This document shows, in pieces, positions 12,260 through 24,550 of a DNA stretch of 64,000 bases. The translations under genes and the position numbers were made by a program. This DNA comes from Stegostoma tigrinum (Eukaryota): NCBI RefSeq assembly GCF_030684315.1, contig NC_081387.1, forward strand, positions 16,895,409 through 16,959,408, read 5' to 3'. Position 1 is the first letter of the stretch. The number at the start of each line of letters is the position of its first letter. The notes beneath the pieces are model-generated. The model ran no database searches. It was given only the letters and a program-made list of their open reading frames with translations, and was not told the origin of the DNA.

Positions 12260-12954
12260 CTCAGATATTCCAGGACAGCTCCTGTAGCTCATTTCATCCT
12301 GGCTTTTTCTTTTGGTTATTTTATGCTGGAGATCCGAAACACCGGTTCGATGCCTCCTCCTATATTGAAATTGATCCAACAATGATTGTAAACATTTTTA
12401 AGAGTCACTGTAAGTGGAAAGGACCAATACAACTACAGCTACATGGCATCAAACATAGATTGGATACAAGACTAGATGCCCAGAAATTGTATATAATGCA
12501 ACCAATGTAATAGAGAGGAAAACACATGGACAGTTAAGTTTGACTTTAGATTGACTTCAAGAAGACTATTTGATTCAGGGACATAATTACTTTTTTTTAA
12601 ACTATCCAAGTGACTGAGCAAAAGTTGGGTTTACAGATCTGGCTTTTAAACAGCAAAAAATTGTTTCATTATTGTAATTGGAGTGAATTTTTGTGTACTA
12701 GAGCTTAATTTGTGAAAGCTGGAAGTGTATTAATGATGATGGAATGGAATGGTATGGAAGACAGATTGAAAATTCAGCGCATGTGCAGACAAACTTGCGT
12801 TTTCACAGCCTCGGGCAGTTGCTGTCCAATAAATTACCTTAATACCCATTACAAGAAACACAGGCACTAAACAGAGCACAGCAAGATCCCACGTATGTAT
12901 CCAGGAGATACCTGACAAAGTAATTCTCTTTGACGTTGTAGGATACAGTGTAAC

Positions 12955-13205
12955 TGATGGACAAAAACAGGAGTTGCTGGAAAAGTTCAGCGGGTCTGCC
13001 AGCATCTGTGAAAGAAAAAAAATCAGACTTAACGTTTCAGGTCCGTGTACACTTCCTCAAAACTTATGAGGAAGGGTCACCGGACCTGAAACGTCAACTC
13101 TCTATTTTTTCCTGTCACGCACACTGCCAGACCTGCTGAGCTTTTCCAGCAACTTCTGTTTTTTTGTTCCTGATCCACAGCATCCACAGTTCTTTCAGTT
13201 TTTAT
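12955..13205. mobile_element. Head-to-head inverted PLE terminal repeats (second family)
   Basis: gttgctggaaaagttcagcgggtctg.. / ..cagacctgctgagcttttccagcaac, with centre cttcctcaaaacttatgaggaag. Confidence 0.75.
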
Positions 13206-13641
13206 TAGAGCTTAAAAGTTGGCCTGGTTGCTAGGAAATCTGTTTTTAAGACAATACGATAGGATCTTTTTACATATGTCTGAAAGGGAGTCAGGGACAT
13301 TGTTTGTTTGCAATCTCAACCAAAACATGGTACTTCTGACAGTGTAACGTTCCCTCTCTACTACACCAGATACCTGCCTGGCTTATCTGCTGAATCCAAG
13401 TTGTGTCGTATTAGCTGAGAGACTGCCAACGCTTGGACTATTTCATAGGCAACCTCAGGAGAGGAAGATAGTAGGGCAAGGGGTCTTGCTTCTGGGTCTT
13501 TATTGGAATGTCTGAGGGAAACCTGCGTAGTGAGGCGCACAGACATGTGAAGCTGCTTGAGCAAGGAAATCTTCTCTGCGCTTTTCTTGACGTTGATATT
13601 ACGGGGTGTTAAATATTCTTTTTTTTTAATTTTGCCTCCAG

Positions 13642-13737
13642 TTTTCAGCCTTTTTCTGAGTGCATTCGATCTATACGGTGACGTACTCATTGTGTGTCTG
13701 CCGGGAATCCTGATAAAAGAAACACTCGTACGTTCTG
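13642..13737 (+). CDS. Gene A exon: TM4
   Basis: ttttgcctccag|TT ... G|GTGAGT; 96 nt, phase 1/1. VFSLFLSAFDLYGDVLIVCLPGILIKETLVRS, homologous to gene B GEIAVICLSASLI. Confidence 0.78.
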
Positions 13738-14484
13738 GTGAGTCTTGATGGTGGAATTTATAGCCAACAAATCAATTCTGAGCATGACATCCTGTCAGAA
13801 ATAGTATGACCAGAAGGCTTGCACCCCGAACTGTCACGTCTTTAATCAAAACCATCAATTTATTGAAGCTTAACAGCGTAAAATCAGGCCACTCAGCCCA
13901 TTGTGTTTCTGTGCCATCTCCTTACTGTATCAGTTCTACAGCATAAGAAATAGGAGCGGGAGTAGGCCATTCAGCCCCTCAACCCTACTTTCCAATTCAA
14001 TACGATCGTGACTGATTTCATTTCAACTCCTCCACTCTGCTCCCCGTGACCCCTCAACCCATAATAATTAAAAATTGCCTGTCTCTTCAACTTACTCAGT
14101 GTCCCAATATCCAACAGTCTCTGTGGTAGTGAGTTCCAGAGATTCACAACCCTTTTTTTTGAGTGAAGTAATTCCCCCTCTTCTCTTTTAAATCTGCCAC
14201 CCCTTTATCCTAAAACTACGACCTCTCATTCTACATTTGCCCCACAAGTGGAGACATCAGCTTCACATAGAGTTGTCAACCCTCTACATCTTATGTACCT
14301 CACAATTATTTCTCCTCTCATTCTTCCATACTCCTGGCAGGCGTAAGCCTAAACTGCTCAATCTCTCTTCAAAAGCCAAGCCTTATATCTTTGGAATTAA
14401 TCTAGTGAACTCTTCTGAACTGCTTCCAATGCAATTACATCCCTCTTCATGTAAAAGAACCAAAACTGTACTCAATTCCAGGTG

Positions 14485-14678
14485 ATAATGGGAACTGCAG
14501 ATGCTGGAGAATCCAAGATAACAAAGTGTGGAGCTGGATGAACACAGCAGGCCAAGAAGCATCTCGGGAGCACAAAAGCTGACGTTTCTGATGAAGGGTC
14601 TAGGCCCGAAACGTCAGCTTTTGTGCTGCTGAGATGCTGCTTGGCCTGCTGTGTTCATCCAGCTCCACACTTTGTAAT
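14485..14678. mobile_element. Mini hairpin PLE insertion with 14-bp TSD, inside a minus-strand CR1 fragment
   Basis: ctcaattccaggtg at 14471-14484 and 14679-14692. Arms about 14521-14588 and 14608-14676. Confidence 0.9.
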
Positions 14679-15344
14679 CTCAATTCCAGGTGCAGTCTCA
14701 CTAATGCCTTGTACGATTGCAGCCACACTTCCTTACTTTGGTACTCCACCCCATCAGCAATAAATTCCAAAATTGCATTTGTCTTCCCTTTTACTTGCTG
14801 TACCAGGTATATTAGTTTTCTGCTACATGCAGATCTCTCCGCACTGAAGCGTTTTAAAGTTTCTCTCCATTTAGATAATAAATTGCCTTTTTATCTTAAT
14901 CCAATCCCCTCACTCTGCAAGTTCCTCTTTTTCAAATATTTGTCTGCTGTTTGCTCGGTTGATGCAGTGGCTCCCATCTCAGACTGCAGTGAATCTGTGT
15001 GTCAAAAACTCCCATGCCAAATAAATTTATTATGAACTTCTGCTGTACTTGTGTGACAGCCTTCAAGCTATTATCTGGGATTATGCAGACTAGACAGTGT
15101 AAACACAGACAATTTGATCTCACCAGTGTATTCCAGCATTAACATGGCACGAGGACCTCATCCCCATCCCTTCTTGTCTGATTTGCTTATTGACATAAAG
15201 TGTAAACCTTCTTCACCGTCTTTCTCTTAAGCTTAACCAGCATCCTCTTTCACAAAAATTCTCCAGAATTGTTATGGTGCAGAAGGCAGTCTTCCTGCCT
15301 GAGTCTCCAGCATCAGTTTTCCAAATGAGATTTCACTTAGTATT

Positions 15345-15715
15345 TTTAAATTCATTCATGGACAATACCCATTGCTGGTGAGATCACAGTTGCTTGTTGT
15401 CTGACTGGCTTCCTAGGAGAATGCAGAGCGCTGGTAAGAGTTAACCATATTGCTGTGGGTCTGGAGTCACGCGTGCCAGACCACGGAAGGATAACTGATT
15501 TACTTCCCTAAATGACACTAGTGAATCGGATTTCTGGGTTTTTTCTTTGTGACCATCAACAATGGTTTTATGGTCATTAGGCTTTCTTTAAAATTCCAAA
15601 ATGCATTTGTTGAATACAAATTCCACTATCTGCTGTGGTGTGGTTCGAACCCAGAACATTACCTGGAACCTCCGGATTGCCAGCCCAATGACAATGCCAC
15701 TAGGCCAGTGTTGCC
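15345..15715 (-). mobile_element. tRNA-derived SINE (second family), degraded
   Basis: Reverse complement resembles the elements at 27057 and 37070 (tggcctagtggcattgtcattgggctgg..ctgggttcgaacc). Confidence 0.65.
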
Positions 15716-15864
15716 TCAAACACTAAACAAGATCACTGAGTGTATCTGTGTCAAAAAGCATATGTAACATCATAACTGTTCTCCAAGCATTCTGATGAGT
15801 TTGACGCCTATTATGCTGCTTCGAACTGCAATTTGTGTTTTCATATTTCTGTTATCAATTTCAG

Positions 15865-15965
15865 GCAAAGGATGTGAGCCAGCGCCCAGTCTGCAAACTA
15901 GTCTAATTCTTGCTCTGGTGGTGCCATTCATTTTCCTTTTGATATCCCTTTGCCTGGTATATTGT
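15865..15965 (+). CDS. Gene A exon: extracellular KGCEP loop plus TM5
   Basis: tttcag|GC; KGCEPAPSLQTSLILALVVPFIFLLISLCLVYC, a clear paralog of 52053-52154. Donor is TGT|GTAAGT (phase 0) or the alternative A|GTAAGG at 15969 (phase 1). Confidence 0.85.
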
Positions 15966-16912
15966 GTAAGTAAGGCTGATGGAGTTACAGGTTGTATCCA
16001 AATTATTGCAAATGATACAGTGACTGACTGACGAGGATTTTCTATTTCACTGACTCTGGAATAATGTGACAGTTGCCTCCAATAGGATGTTGGCCCTGAT
16101 ACAGCAATGCTTATAGTACCCCTCCTGACATAAGAGACTGGGTGTCGATGTTGTGATGCTGAAGAATCTAACAGATGTGTCCTACAGCTAACTATTATGC
16201 ACAAAAAAATTAGATTGCAGAACAGTGTTGAGTAGCCTCTGCTTCCCAAAGCGTGTCATGCTTCAAGTGATTCTGGGGTAAGATGGAGTATGAGACGTTT
16301 TCACCAAAAGCCATATGCTACAACACTGATTTCATGAACATGTCTCAAAGTTACACTGACCCGTGTACACTTGACACTGGTGAACACCAGGGCTACACAG
16401 CCAGCTATGCTATCCAACCATGACTTTTACCTGATATAAGAAAATACAATCTGGTAAATAGGAACAGGATTAGGCCTTTTGCCTTTTTTTGAGCCTGCTC
16501 TGTCATTCAATACGATCATGGCTGACCATCCAACTCAGTATCTTGTTCCCACTTTGTTGCTATACACTTTAATCTCTTTTGCCCTGAGAAATATATCTAA
16601 CACCTTCTTGAAGGTATTCGATATTTTACTCTAAACTGCTTCCCATGGCAAAGAATTTGGTCAGCTCACCACTGTCTGGGTGAAGACACTTCTTGTCTCA
16701 GCCCTCCATGGCCCACCCCACCTACTTAAGCTTAGAGATTTTAAACTGAGCAGCTCAAAATCACCAGAATGGTATAACCATCCAATTCCTTCACTATACT
16801 CCTCCGAATCTGGTGGCCAGGAAGACGGTCAGACTGCAGCATCTTGTCTCAAGCCAGTGTGCCCAGCATTGAGGTACTGGTCAGTCTAATCCATCTCCGC
16901 TTGCTGGACCAT

Positions 16913-17255
16913 CCTATAACTCCCTACAATGCTGAAGCAACAAGCCATTCGGCCCAACAAGTCCACACCACCCCTCCAAAGAGTATTGCACCCAGATCCT
17001 TCCCCTACCCCAGCATTTTCCCTCATGTCTAACCCACCTACCTGGACATCCCTGGGCACTATGTGGCAATTTAGCACAGCCAATTCACCTAGCATGCATG
17101 TCTTGGGATTGTGGGAGGAAACTGGAGCACCCGGAGGAAACCCGCACAGACACGGGGAGAATGTGCAAACTCCACACGGACAGTTATCCGAGGCTGGAAT
17201 CAAACCCGGGTCCCTGGCGCTATGAGGCAGCAGTGCTGAGCAACCATGCTGCCCT
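16913..17255 (-). mobile_element. Full-length HE1-type SINE
   Basis: A/B-box head (gggcagcatggttgctcagc..ggtttgattcc), V-domain and CR1-like tail. Confidence 0.9.
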
Positions 17256-17399
17256 GTGAGGTAGCCCTCTCTGGGAGGACATCTCGTTGCTAGGCCTCGC
17301 TTCAGGCCCCTTGGGTCACCTAATTTTCCCCAGTTGAAGTTGGTGCAGCTGGCTCCACAAGGAGTTGGATATAACACTCGAGGCTAAGGGGATTGGAAT

Positions 17400-18910
17400 G
17401 ATAAGTCAGAAAAGATTTGGAGACCAGGGTGCTGCATCTTAATAATGAAAGCTGAAGATATGAGGCATGAAATTAGCCTTGATAGATCACAAAGAGTTGC
17501 TTAAAGGGATGACAGTGGATAGGCAATGGCAAACATTTAAGGAGCACGTGGGCGGACTACAACAACTGTTTATTCCTGTCTGGCATGAAAGCAAAATGGG
17601 TAAGAGGACCAATCCATGACTTAACAAAGGCAATTAGCGATAGTATCTGATCCATGGAAACAACATTTGAGGATTGGCAGCATAGTAGAATTTAGCAAAG
17701 AAGGACCAAGGGATTGATTAAGAAGGGGTAAATGCAGTAAAGTAAGCATACAGGGAACATAAAGACTGACACAGAGTTTCTATAGATACGTGAAGAGAAA
17801 GAGACTGGTAAAGACAAATGTTAGGAAGGGGGTTGACCAGTCAAGGGAAGACAGACAGGTCAAGGAGGCAGGGCTGACGCTGGTGGGTAGGAGGTGGGGT
17901 GGGGTTAGGGTGTAACCCTAACCCGAACTCTCACCCTAATCTCCACCCCACCTCCTACCTACCAGCATCATCCCCTCCTCCTTGACCTGTCTGTCTTCCC
18001 TTGACTGACGAACCTCCATCATAACTCCCCAACAACACTCACCTTTACTGGCTCCAGCGCCGCCTCTTTGATCTGTCTCCACCTATCTTCTCCTCTATCC
18101 ATCTTCTATCCACCTCCCCTTCTCTCTTTATTTATTTCAGAATCCCCTTCCCCTCCCCCATTTCTGAAAAAGGGCCCAAACCCGAAACGTCATCTTTCCT
18201 GCTCCTCTGATACCGCTCGGCCAGCTGTGTTCATCCGGCTCCACACCTTGTTATCTCAGATTCTCCAGCATTGGCAGTTCCTCCCATCTCTGAAATGGTC
18301 TGTTGGCCTTCGTTCCGAGAGGTTTCGAGTACAGAAGCCGGAATGTGGTGTTGCAGTTACGCAGCGCCTTGGTGAAGCCGCACCTAAAATAGTGTGTGCA
18401 GTTTTGTGCTCCTTTTCTGCGGAAGGATGCTGTTGCTCTCATAGTTTATCAGTGCAGCGCATGTTTATCAGCCTGTTTCCCGGGAATGGCAGGTCTGATG
18501 TATGATCAGAGATTGACTCGGTTAGGATTGTTCTCGCTGGAATTCAAATGAATGAGGTGACTTATAAAATTCGAACAGGACTGGACAGGATAGATGCAGT
18601 TCCCAGTGGTGGGTGTGTCCAGAACCAGGGGTCACAGTATGAGGATTCAGGATAGACGATTTCGGAGGTATTTCTTCACCCAAAGAATGGTGAGTCCGTG
18701 GAAATCATTACCAAAGCAAGCAGTTCATGTCAAAACATTGAACGTATTCAAGATATGGCTAGATATAACACTTGGGGTGAATGGGATCAAGTGTTATGGA
18801 GAGAAAGCAGGATTAGGCTGTTGAGTTGGATGATCAGTCATGATCATGAAGAATGGTGGAGCAGGCTCAAAGAGCCATTTGGCCTCCTCCCTGCTCCTAG
18901 CTTCCATGTT
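17400..18910 (+). mobile_element. Fragmented CR1 LINE with nested inverted PLE repeat (about 17825-18290)
   Basis: CR1 linker fragment, then a PLE inverted repeat, then the CR1 C-terminus (RTRGHSMRI..FFTQRMVSPWKSLP). Confidence 0.75.
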
Positions 18911-19051
18911 TACAATAGTCACTCTCTGAAATGCAAAGCTTGAGCAATTGTGCAACTTTGAACTGGGTGCTGGTAGTTTGGTCCGTAACGAAGTTAGGTA
19001 AGGCTCGGCAGGACAGTGCTCATTGTTGTTTCTAACATTTTCACCGTGCAG

Positions 19052-19083
19052 GACTTAGTCCTTGCTCTGCTTCAAGCGAAGAA
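19052..19083 (+). CDS. Gene A candidate tail mini-exon 1
   Basis: ttttcaccgtgcag|GAC ... AA|GTGAGC; 32 nt. DLVLALLQAK(N), weakly similar to gene B ASLLFQLKN. Confidence 0.45.
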
Positions 19084-19169
19084 GTGAGCTAATTGGAGAT
19101 ATCTACAACTTGTTAAGGTTCCAAAGGTTTAAAGTGATGTGGGGATGTGTGGTGTTGTTCATAAAGTAC

Positions 19170-19980
19170 ATCATGAAGATAAATAAGATAAAAGATAAAA
19201 GAATGACGAGAGTAAGATGAGGGCCAATCAAGGACAGTAGTGGGAAGTTGTGTGTGGAGTCAGAGGAGATAGGGGAAGCACTAATTGAATATTTTTTTGA
19301 CAGTATTCACTCTGGAAAACGACAATGTTGTCGAGGAGAATACTGAGATACAGGCTACTCGACTAGCGTTTTGTACAGTCACGGGATTTATAGGGATTGA
19401 CTTCCGGAGCCATGATGTCATGCTCCAACTGTACAAAATACTAGTGCAGCCTCATTTGGAATATTGCGTGCAGTTCTGGTCGCCCCATGACAGGAAGGAT
19501 GTTGAAGCATTGGAAAAGGTGCAGAGGAGATTTACCAGGATGCAGCCTGGTCTGGAGCACAGGCCCTATGAAGAAAGGCTGAGAGACTTGGGTCTGTTCT
19601 CGTTGGAGAAAAGGAGGCTAAGGGGGGATTTAAAAAAGACATATAAGATGATCAGAAAATTAGATATTGTGGACAGTGAGAGTCTTTTTCCGAGGATGAT
19701 GATTTCAGCTTGTACAAGGGGGCATAGCTACAAATTGAGGGGTGATAGATTTAAGACAGATGTCAGAGGCAGGTTCTTTACTCAGAGAGTGCTATGGGCG
19801 TGGAATGCCCCGCATGCCAAAGTAGTTAACTCAGCCACATTAGGGGCATTTCAACAGTCCTTGGATAAGCATATGGATAATGATGGGATTGTGTCAGGGG
19901 AGGGGCTTAGATTAGTTCACAGGTCGGCGCAACGTCGAGGGCCGAAGGGCCTGTTCTGTGCTGTATTGTTCTATGTTCTA
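19170..19980 (+). mobile_element. Young CR1 LINE, internally deleted (RT core missing)
   Basis: ORF 19285-20007 joins the linker (VFTLENDNVVEENTEIQATRL) to the C-terminus (MLQLYKILVQPHLEYCVQFWSP..TRGHSYKL..FFTQRV); tail ttctatgttcta. Confidence 0.9.
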
Positions 19981-20564
19981 AAAGCAGGATCAGGCTCAAA
20001 GGGATGAATGGTCTCATCCTCCTCCTATTTTCTATGTTCCCTTGGGTGCTAGGACGATAATCCCAGCCTGTTCCTTAGAATTCTATAGACATTCGGTTGC
20101 AACAAGTGACTCCCAGGACAAGATGGACAGGCCCTCGAAGCATCCTAAACAGATCAAGTGTCTGCACCCATCGCGGGGGATGGAGGGGACCCAGGCCCAC
20201 ATCTGGTGAAAGTGGAGAAGGCATGGAGAGTGTTGAAGTGCGTTGGAAACATGCAGAGGTGAAAGTGAGGGGTCCAAGTGAGTGCAAGACCCTCCCATGT
20301 GTCACGTCTGCCTCACTCTTGAGCCCTGGCCTGGGCCATGTCATGGACGAATCTGCAGACTGGACTTGTCAGTAACCACAACGTCCAGTGAATCGCGGTG
20401 GAAATTGCATCCCCCCCCAACCCCCCAGCCACCATACCGAGCGATCGCCCAAGAAGAAAGGGACATGGCAACGTGACAGTCATACAGCTCGCAAACAGAC
20501 CCTTTGGCCCAACCAGTCTGTGCTGACTATAATCCCAAACTAAATTAAACTAATCCCACCTGCC

Positions 20565-21027
20565 AGAGATAATGGGAACTGCAGATGCTGGAGAATCCGA
20601 GATAACAAAGTGTGGAGCTGGATGAACACAGCAGGCCAAGCAGCATCACAGGAGCACAAAAGCCTAGACCCTTCATCAGAAAAGGGGGAGGGGGAGAGGG
20701 TTCTCAAGCCGCACCTCCATTTCCTACCTACTAACCTCATCCCGCCCCCTTGACCTGTCTATCCTCCCCAGACTGACCTATCTCCTCCCTAACTCCCCAC
20801 CTACACTCGCCTCTATGGGCTCCATCCCCACCCCTTTAACTTGTCTGTCTCCTCTCCACCTTTCTCCTCCTCTATCCATCCTTGATCCACCTCCCCCTCT
20901 CTCCCTATTTATTTCAGAATTCTCGCCCCCTCCCCCTTTTCTGATGAAGGGTCTAGGCCCGAAATGTCAGCTTCTGTGCTCCTCTGACGCTGCTTGGCCT
21001 GCTGTGTTCATCCAGCCCCACACTTTG
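20565..21027. mobile_element. Inverted PLE insertion with 14-bp TSD, inside a minus-strand CR1 3' end
   Basis: taatcccacctgcc at 20551-20564 and 21028-21041. Confidence 0.88.
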
Positions 21028-22706
21028 TAATCCCACCTGCCTATGCTTGGCCCATATCCCTCCAAACATTTCTTATTCATGTACTTATCTTTGTAAACAT
21101 TGTAACTTTGCCCGCATCCAACGTTTCCTCTGGAAGGACATTGCACACAGGAACCAAGCTGTGTTTTTTTTAAAAAAACAAATTGGCCCTCGTATCTTTT
21201 AAAAATCCTTATCCTCTCACCTTTTGAAAAATATTCCCCCGAGTCTTGACATTGCCCATCCTATGGAAAAGTCGCATGCCCAGTGAGGAAAAGCCTTCAT
21301 CCAGCCTCTCCTCCTAACTCCAACCCTCCATTCCTGGCAGCATCCTGGTAAATCTTTTCTGAACCCTCTCCAGTTTAATAATATCATTCCGAGAACAGAA
21401 CTGCACACAGCAGGAGGCCCCACCAATATCCTGTATAACCTCGGCATGATATCTCCAGTCCTATACTCAAAGGTGTGTAAATATTTATGTTCATATATAT
21501 GTCCTGAGTTTTTATGCAGGTAGATGGGTGCTGTTTTTTTTTTTGTCTACTTGTTTCTTAAATAACTTGGTGCACGGGTCAGACCTTCTGTTTGAGCCAG
21601 CTCCCACCTCTGCACCCTACAGCCTCCACCTCTCTTATTTTGGGATTTCCCAGTCTGACTCAGGGGGAAATCCTGTTAACTGACCTCTTGGCCCATCTTA
21701 ATGTGCCCAGGTAAGGTTCATGCAGCTGGCCCCAGGAGTGGGATTGATTAAAGGGTTGAAAATGAGAAGACTGAAAAGTAGGAACAGTCTTGAAGGGATG
21801 AATGGCCCCCATCCTGCTCCATGGGCCCCAGGAGGGGAACTCCAGCCTGTTTCTTCGGAATCTATAGACTCTTGAGTCCCACGCATTTCTGCGAAATTGT
21901 TTTATTCTATCGGGGGGGGGCATCAAAATAAGCAGATCAGTAATATAATGAGCATTTTCATTTGTATGAACCAGTTGAACCCCGGTGCACGGTGTGGGAT
22001 AATTTAAATGGCAGAGGGATTTGGAAAGTGACTGACTGATCATAAATGTTTTTAAAAAGCAACTTTTAAAAGACCCTTCATCCTTTTCCGATGAAATGTC
22101 AGCTTTTGTGCTCCTAAGATGCTGCTTGGCCTGCTGTGTTCATCCAGCTCCACACCTTGTTATCTTGAAAAGCAGCGCCTGTTTTCTCACCAGTGCCTTT
22201 CACGCCAGCCAGAATTTGACTTGCAGCTCCCAATGAATGCACGTAAAAATTTGTAGGAGTGACCAGTTAGAATTATAGCTGCCTTTCTGACACCTTCTGC
22301 AAATGAGCATTCCTGACGTTTTCACACATTCTTGTGGCCGCTTCGTATTCAAGTTTGAAAGTTATTATTTTGTCGAGAATAGAGAGGCCTTCTGATTTCC
22401 TGAGCAGAATACGGGCAAGCCCCTGTGCTGTGTTTGATCCAAACAGTGGACGGACAAAGGAGATTATCTTCACAGCTATACTCCAGAAATGGAGTCAAAT
22501 CACAAACGAAAACAGAAGTCGCTGGAAAAGCTCAGCAGGTCTGGCAGCTTCTGTTAAGAAAATATCAGTGAATGTTTCAGGACCAGTGACCCTCCTTCAG
22601 AACTGGAGTCAAATCACTTCTTCTATGATGCAAAATGTACAACGTTAACTAAATATTCGAGAATTTGATGCTGCAAAGTTTTTTTTAAATGTCTTTTTCT
22701 TTACAG

Positions 22707-22738
22707 TGAGTGCTGTCTGGGAAAAACCAAACAGATAG
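22707..22738 (+). CDS. Gene A candidate tail mini-exon 2
   Basis: Strong acceptor tctttttctttacag|T, donor G|GTACAA; 32 nt. ECCLGKTKQI if entered in phase 2. Confidence 0.42.
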
Positions 22739-23418
22739 GTACAAACAGGTTTTGAGTAAAGGATAGTGAGCACCAGTTCATGTCTCCATTCTATTCACGG
22801 GTTGCTGAGATGATCCTTTCAATTTTTTTTTATGTCGGTGAGAATATTGTTTTTAGTTGCTGGAAGAGCATAGCAGGTTTGGCAACACCTGCGGAGAGGG
22901 ACAAAAAAATGTTGATGTTTCTGGTCTGACAACCATTCTAAGGAGGGATGACCGCACCGAAATGTTAACTTTTTTTGTTTTCATTTCATTTCCTTTCCAC
23001 AGACGCTGCCAGACCTGCTGAGTTTTTTCCAGTGACTTCTGTTTTTACTCCTGATTTACAGCATCCACAGTTCTTTGGGTTCTTATTGTCTTTTTTTAAA
23101 GTCGTCTTTCTCCGAAGCTGCTTTCAGTTTGCAAGATGGAGAGTGGCTGTTTCCCTCATTTTGAAAAATTAATTCTCTCTGACTGAACAATTAAAAGTTG
23201 CAGCTAAGAACAGCTGCAGGAAAGATCAACTGGTTTTCTTCTGGTGTAAAGTCGGTTTCGACAGGAGAAAAGAGAGAACTGTTCCTGAAGCTGTTCAAGA
23301 TCAACTCCCTTCTCTGCATCATCTTCCCAGCCCTAAGTAATGTTCACTTCTCCGACAGCCATTTAATTGTTGACAGGCTTCACTGTTGTTGTTGATAATT
23401 GTCCACTAGATCAGGAAA

Positions 23419-23422
<4 letters not shown>

Positions 23423-23469
<47 letters not shown>
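23423..23469. repeat. (CT)n microsatellite
   Basis: About 23 perfect CT units. Confidence 0.97.
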
Positions 23470-23472
<3 letters not shown>

Positions 23473-23939
23473 GGACCTGCATCTAAATATAGAACTCCCT
23501 ATCCCCTCTGGTCCTTGTTTGTAACTATTTCAGTTCCTACGCATTGTAACGCTTGGCATGGACATCAGGTTATTTGCTTTCAAGAGATGCAGCCTCCCTT
23601 TCGGAAATTAGTTTTAAAACTACTCCTTCTCGTTTCAGTTCACGGTTTACAAAAAGAACCATAAATATAAAATGGCATGGCGTTATGGAACACTGTCCCT
23701 TCTTGCCTGGATGGGTGCAGCTCCAACAATTTATTTATTTCAGAAACATGCTTTGTTTGTTTAAAAAATCCTTTTATACATACATAGTCACTTGTATTTG
23801 GTACTGTACAGTGGCACATGAAGAAAGAAACAAACAAGCCTTAGAGTTGACACTATCCAGCAAACTAACCAAAGGTGTTTCTTTCTTTGGTTTGTTTGCT
23901 TTTAGTATGTACAATGATATTTCTTTCTTTGCACACACC

Positions 23940-24335
23940 ATATGCTTGACACCCATCCAGGAAAAAGCAGCACCCTCACTCTCTCTTCACCACTGACACA
24001 CAGTGATAGTGTTGACCATCTGCAAGATGCACTGCAACAATTCACGAAGGTTTCTTTTGACAGCATATTACAAACGCGCAATCTCCCATGAAACAACATC
24101 TCCTGGAATCTTACCCCACCCCCCCACCTCCAAACCATATACCATCCTGTCCTAGGAATACATCATTTATTCTTCCACCACTGAAGGGTCAAAACCTTGG
24201 AACTCCCTTCCTGATGGCATTGTAGGTGTTCCTATATTGAATGGACTGCAGCAGTTCAAAAAGGCAGCTCAGCACTACCTTCCCAAAGGCAACTAGGAAC
24301 AGGCAATAAATATTGGCCCGGCATCCACATTCTGC
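23940..24335 (+). mobile_element. CR1-clade LINE 3' end (second family)
   Basis: ttgacacccatccaggaaaaagcagc..ggaactcccttcct..gcagctcagcactacctt..ggcaataaatattggcc; same family as 58090-60290. Confidence 0.65.
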
Positions 24336-24515
24336 CTTTCCTATAAATGACTGTCTAAGATGAAAAAGAAAATTTGATTGGAAGCTGAAAGAGACAAAAT
24401 ATACATCGCATGTTTAAGAAACTTTCTTTCGTTTATTGTATGCTTTGAGGAGAAGTCAGCATTTTCTGTTCCCTGACAGATCAATTTACTGTTTTCTGTC
24501 TTCTCTCTTTAACAG

Positions 24516-24550
24516 AAGGAAAATCGCAGTTGAACTCTAGAATCAATTAG
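24516..24550 (+). CDS. Gene A candidate terminal coding exon
   Basis: Long pyrimidine tract ending ttaacag|AA. EGKSQLNSRIN-stop, phase-compatible with the two preceding mini-exons. Confidence 0.42.

Noticed and set aside
12264-12385. Hydrophobic stretch VAHFILAFSFGYFML as an extra TM exon
   Set aside because: No counterpart in gene B, no convincing donor, and it abuts a PLE TSD.
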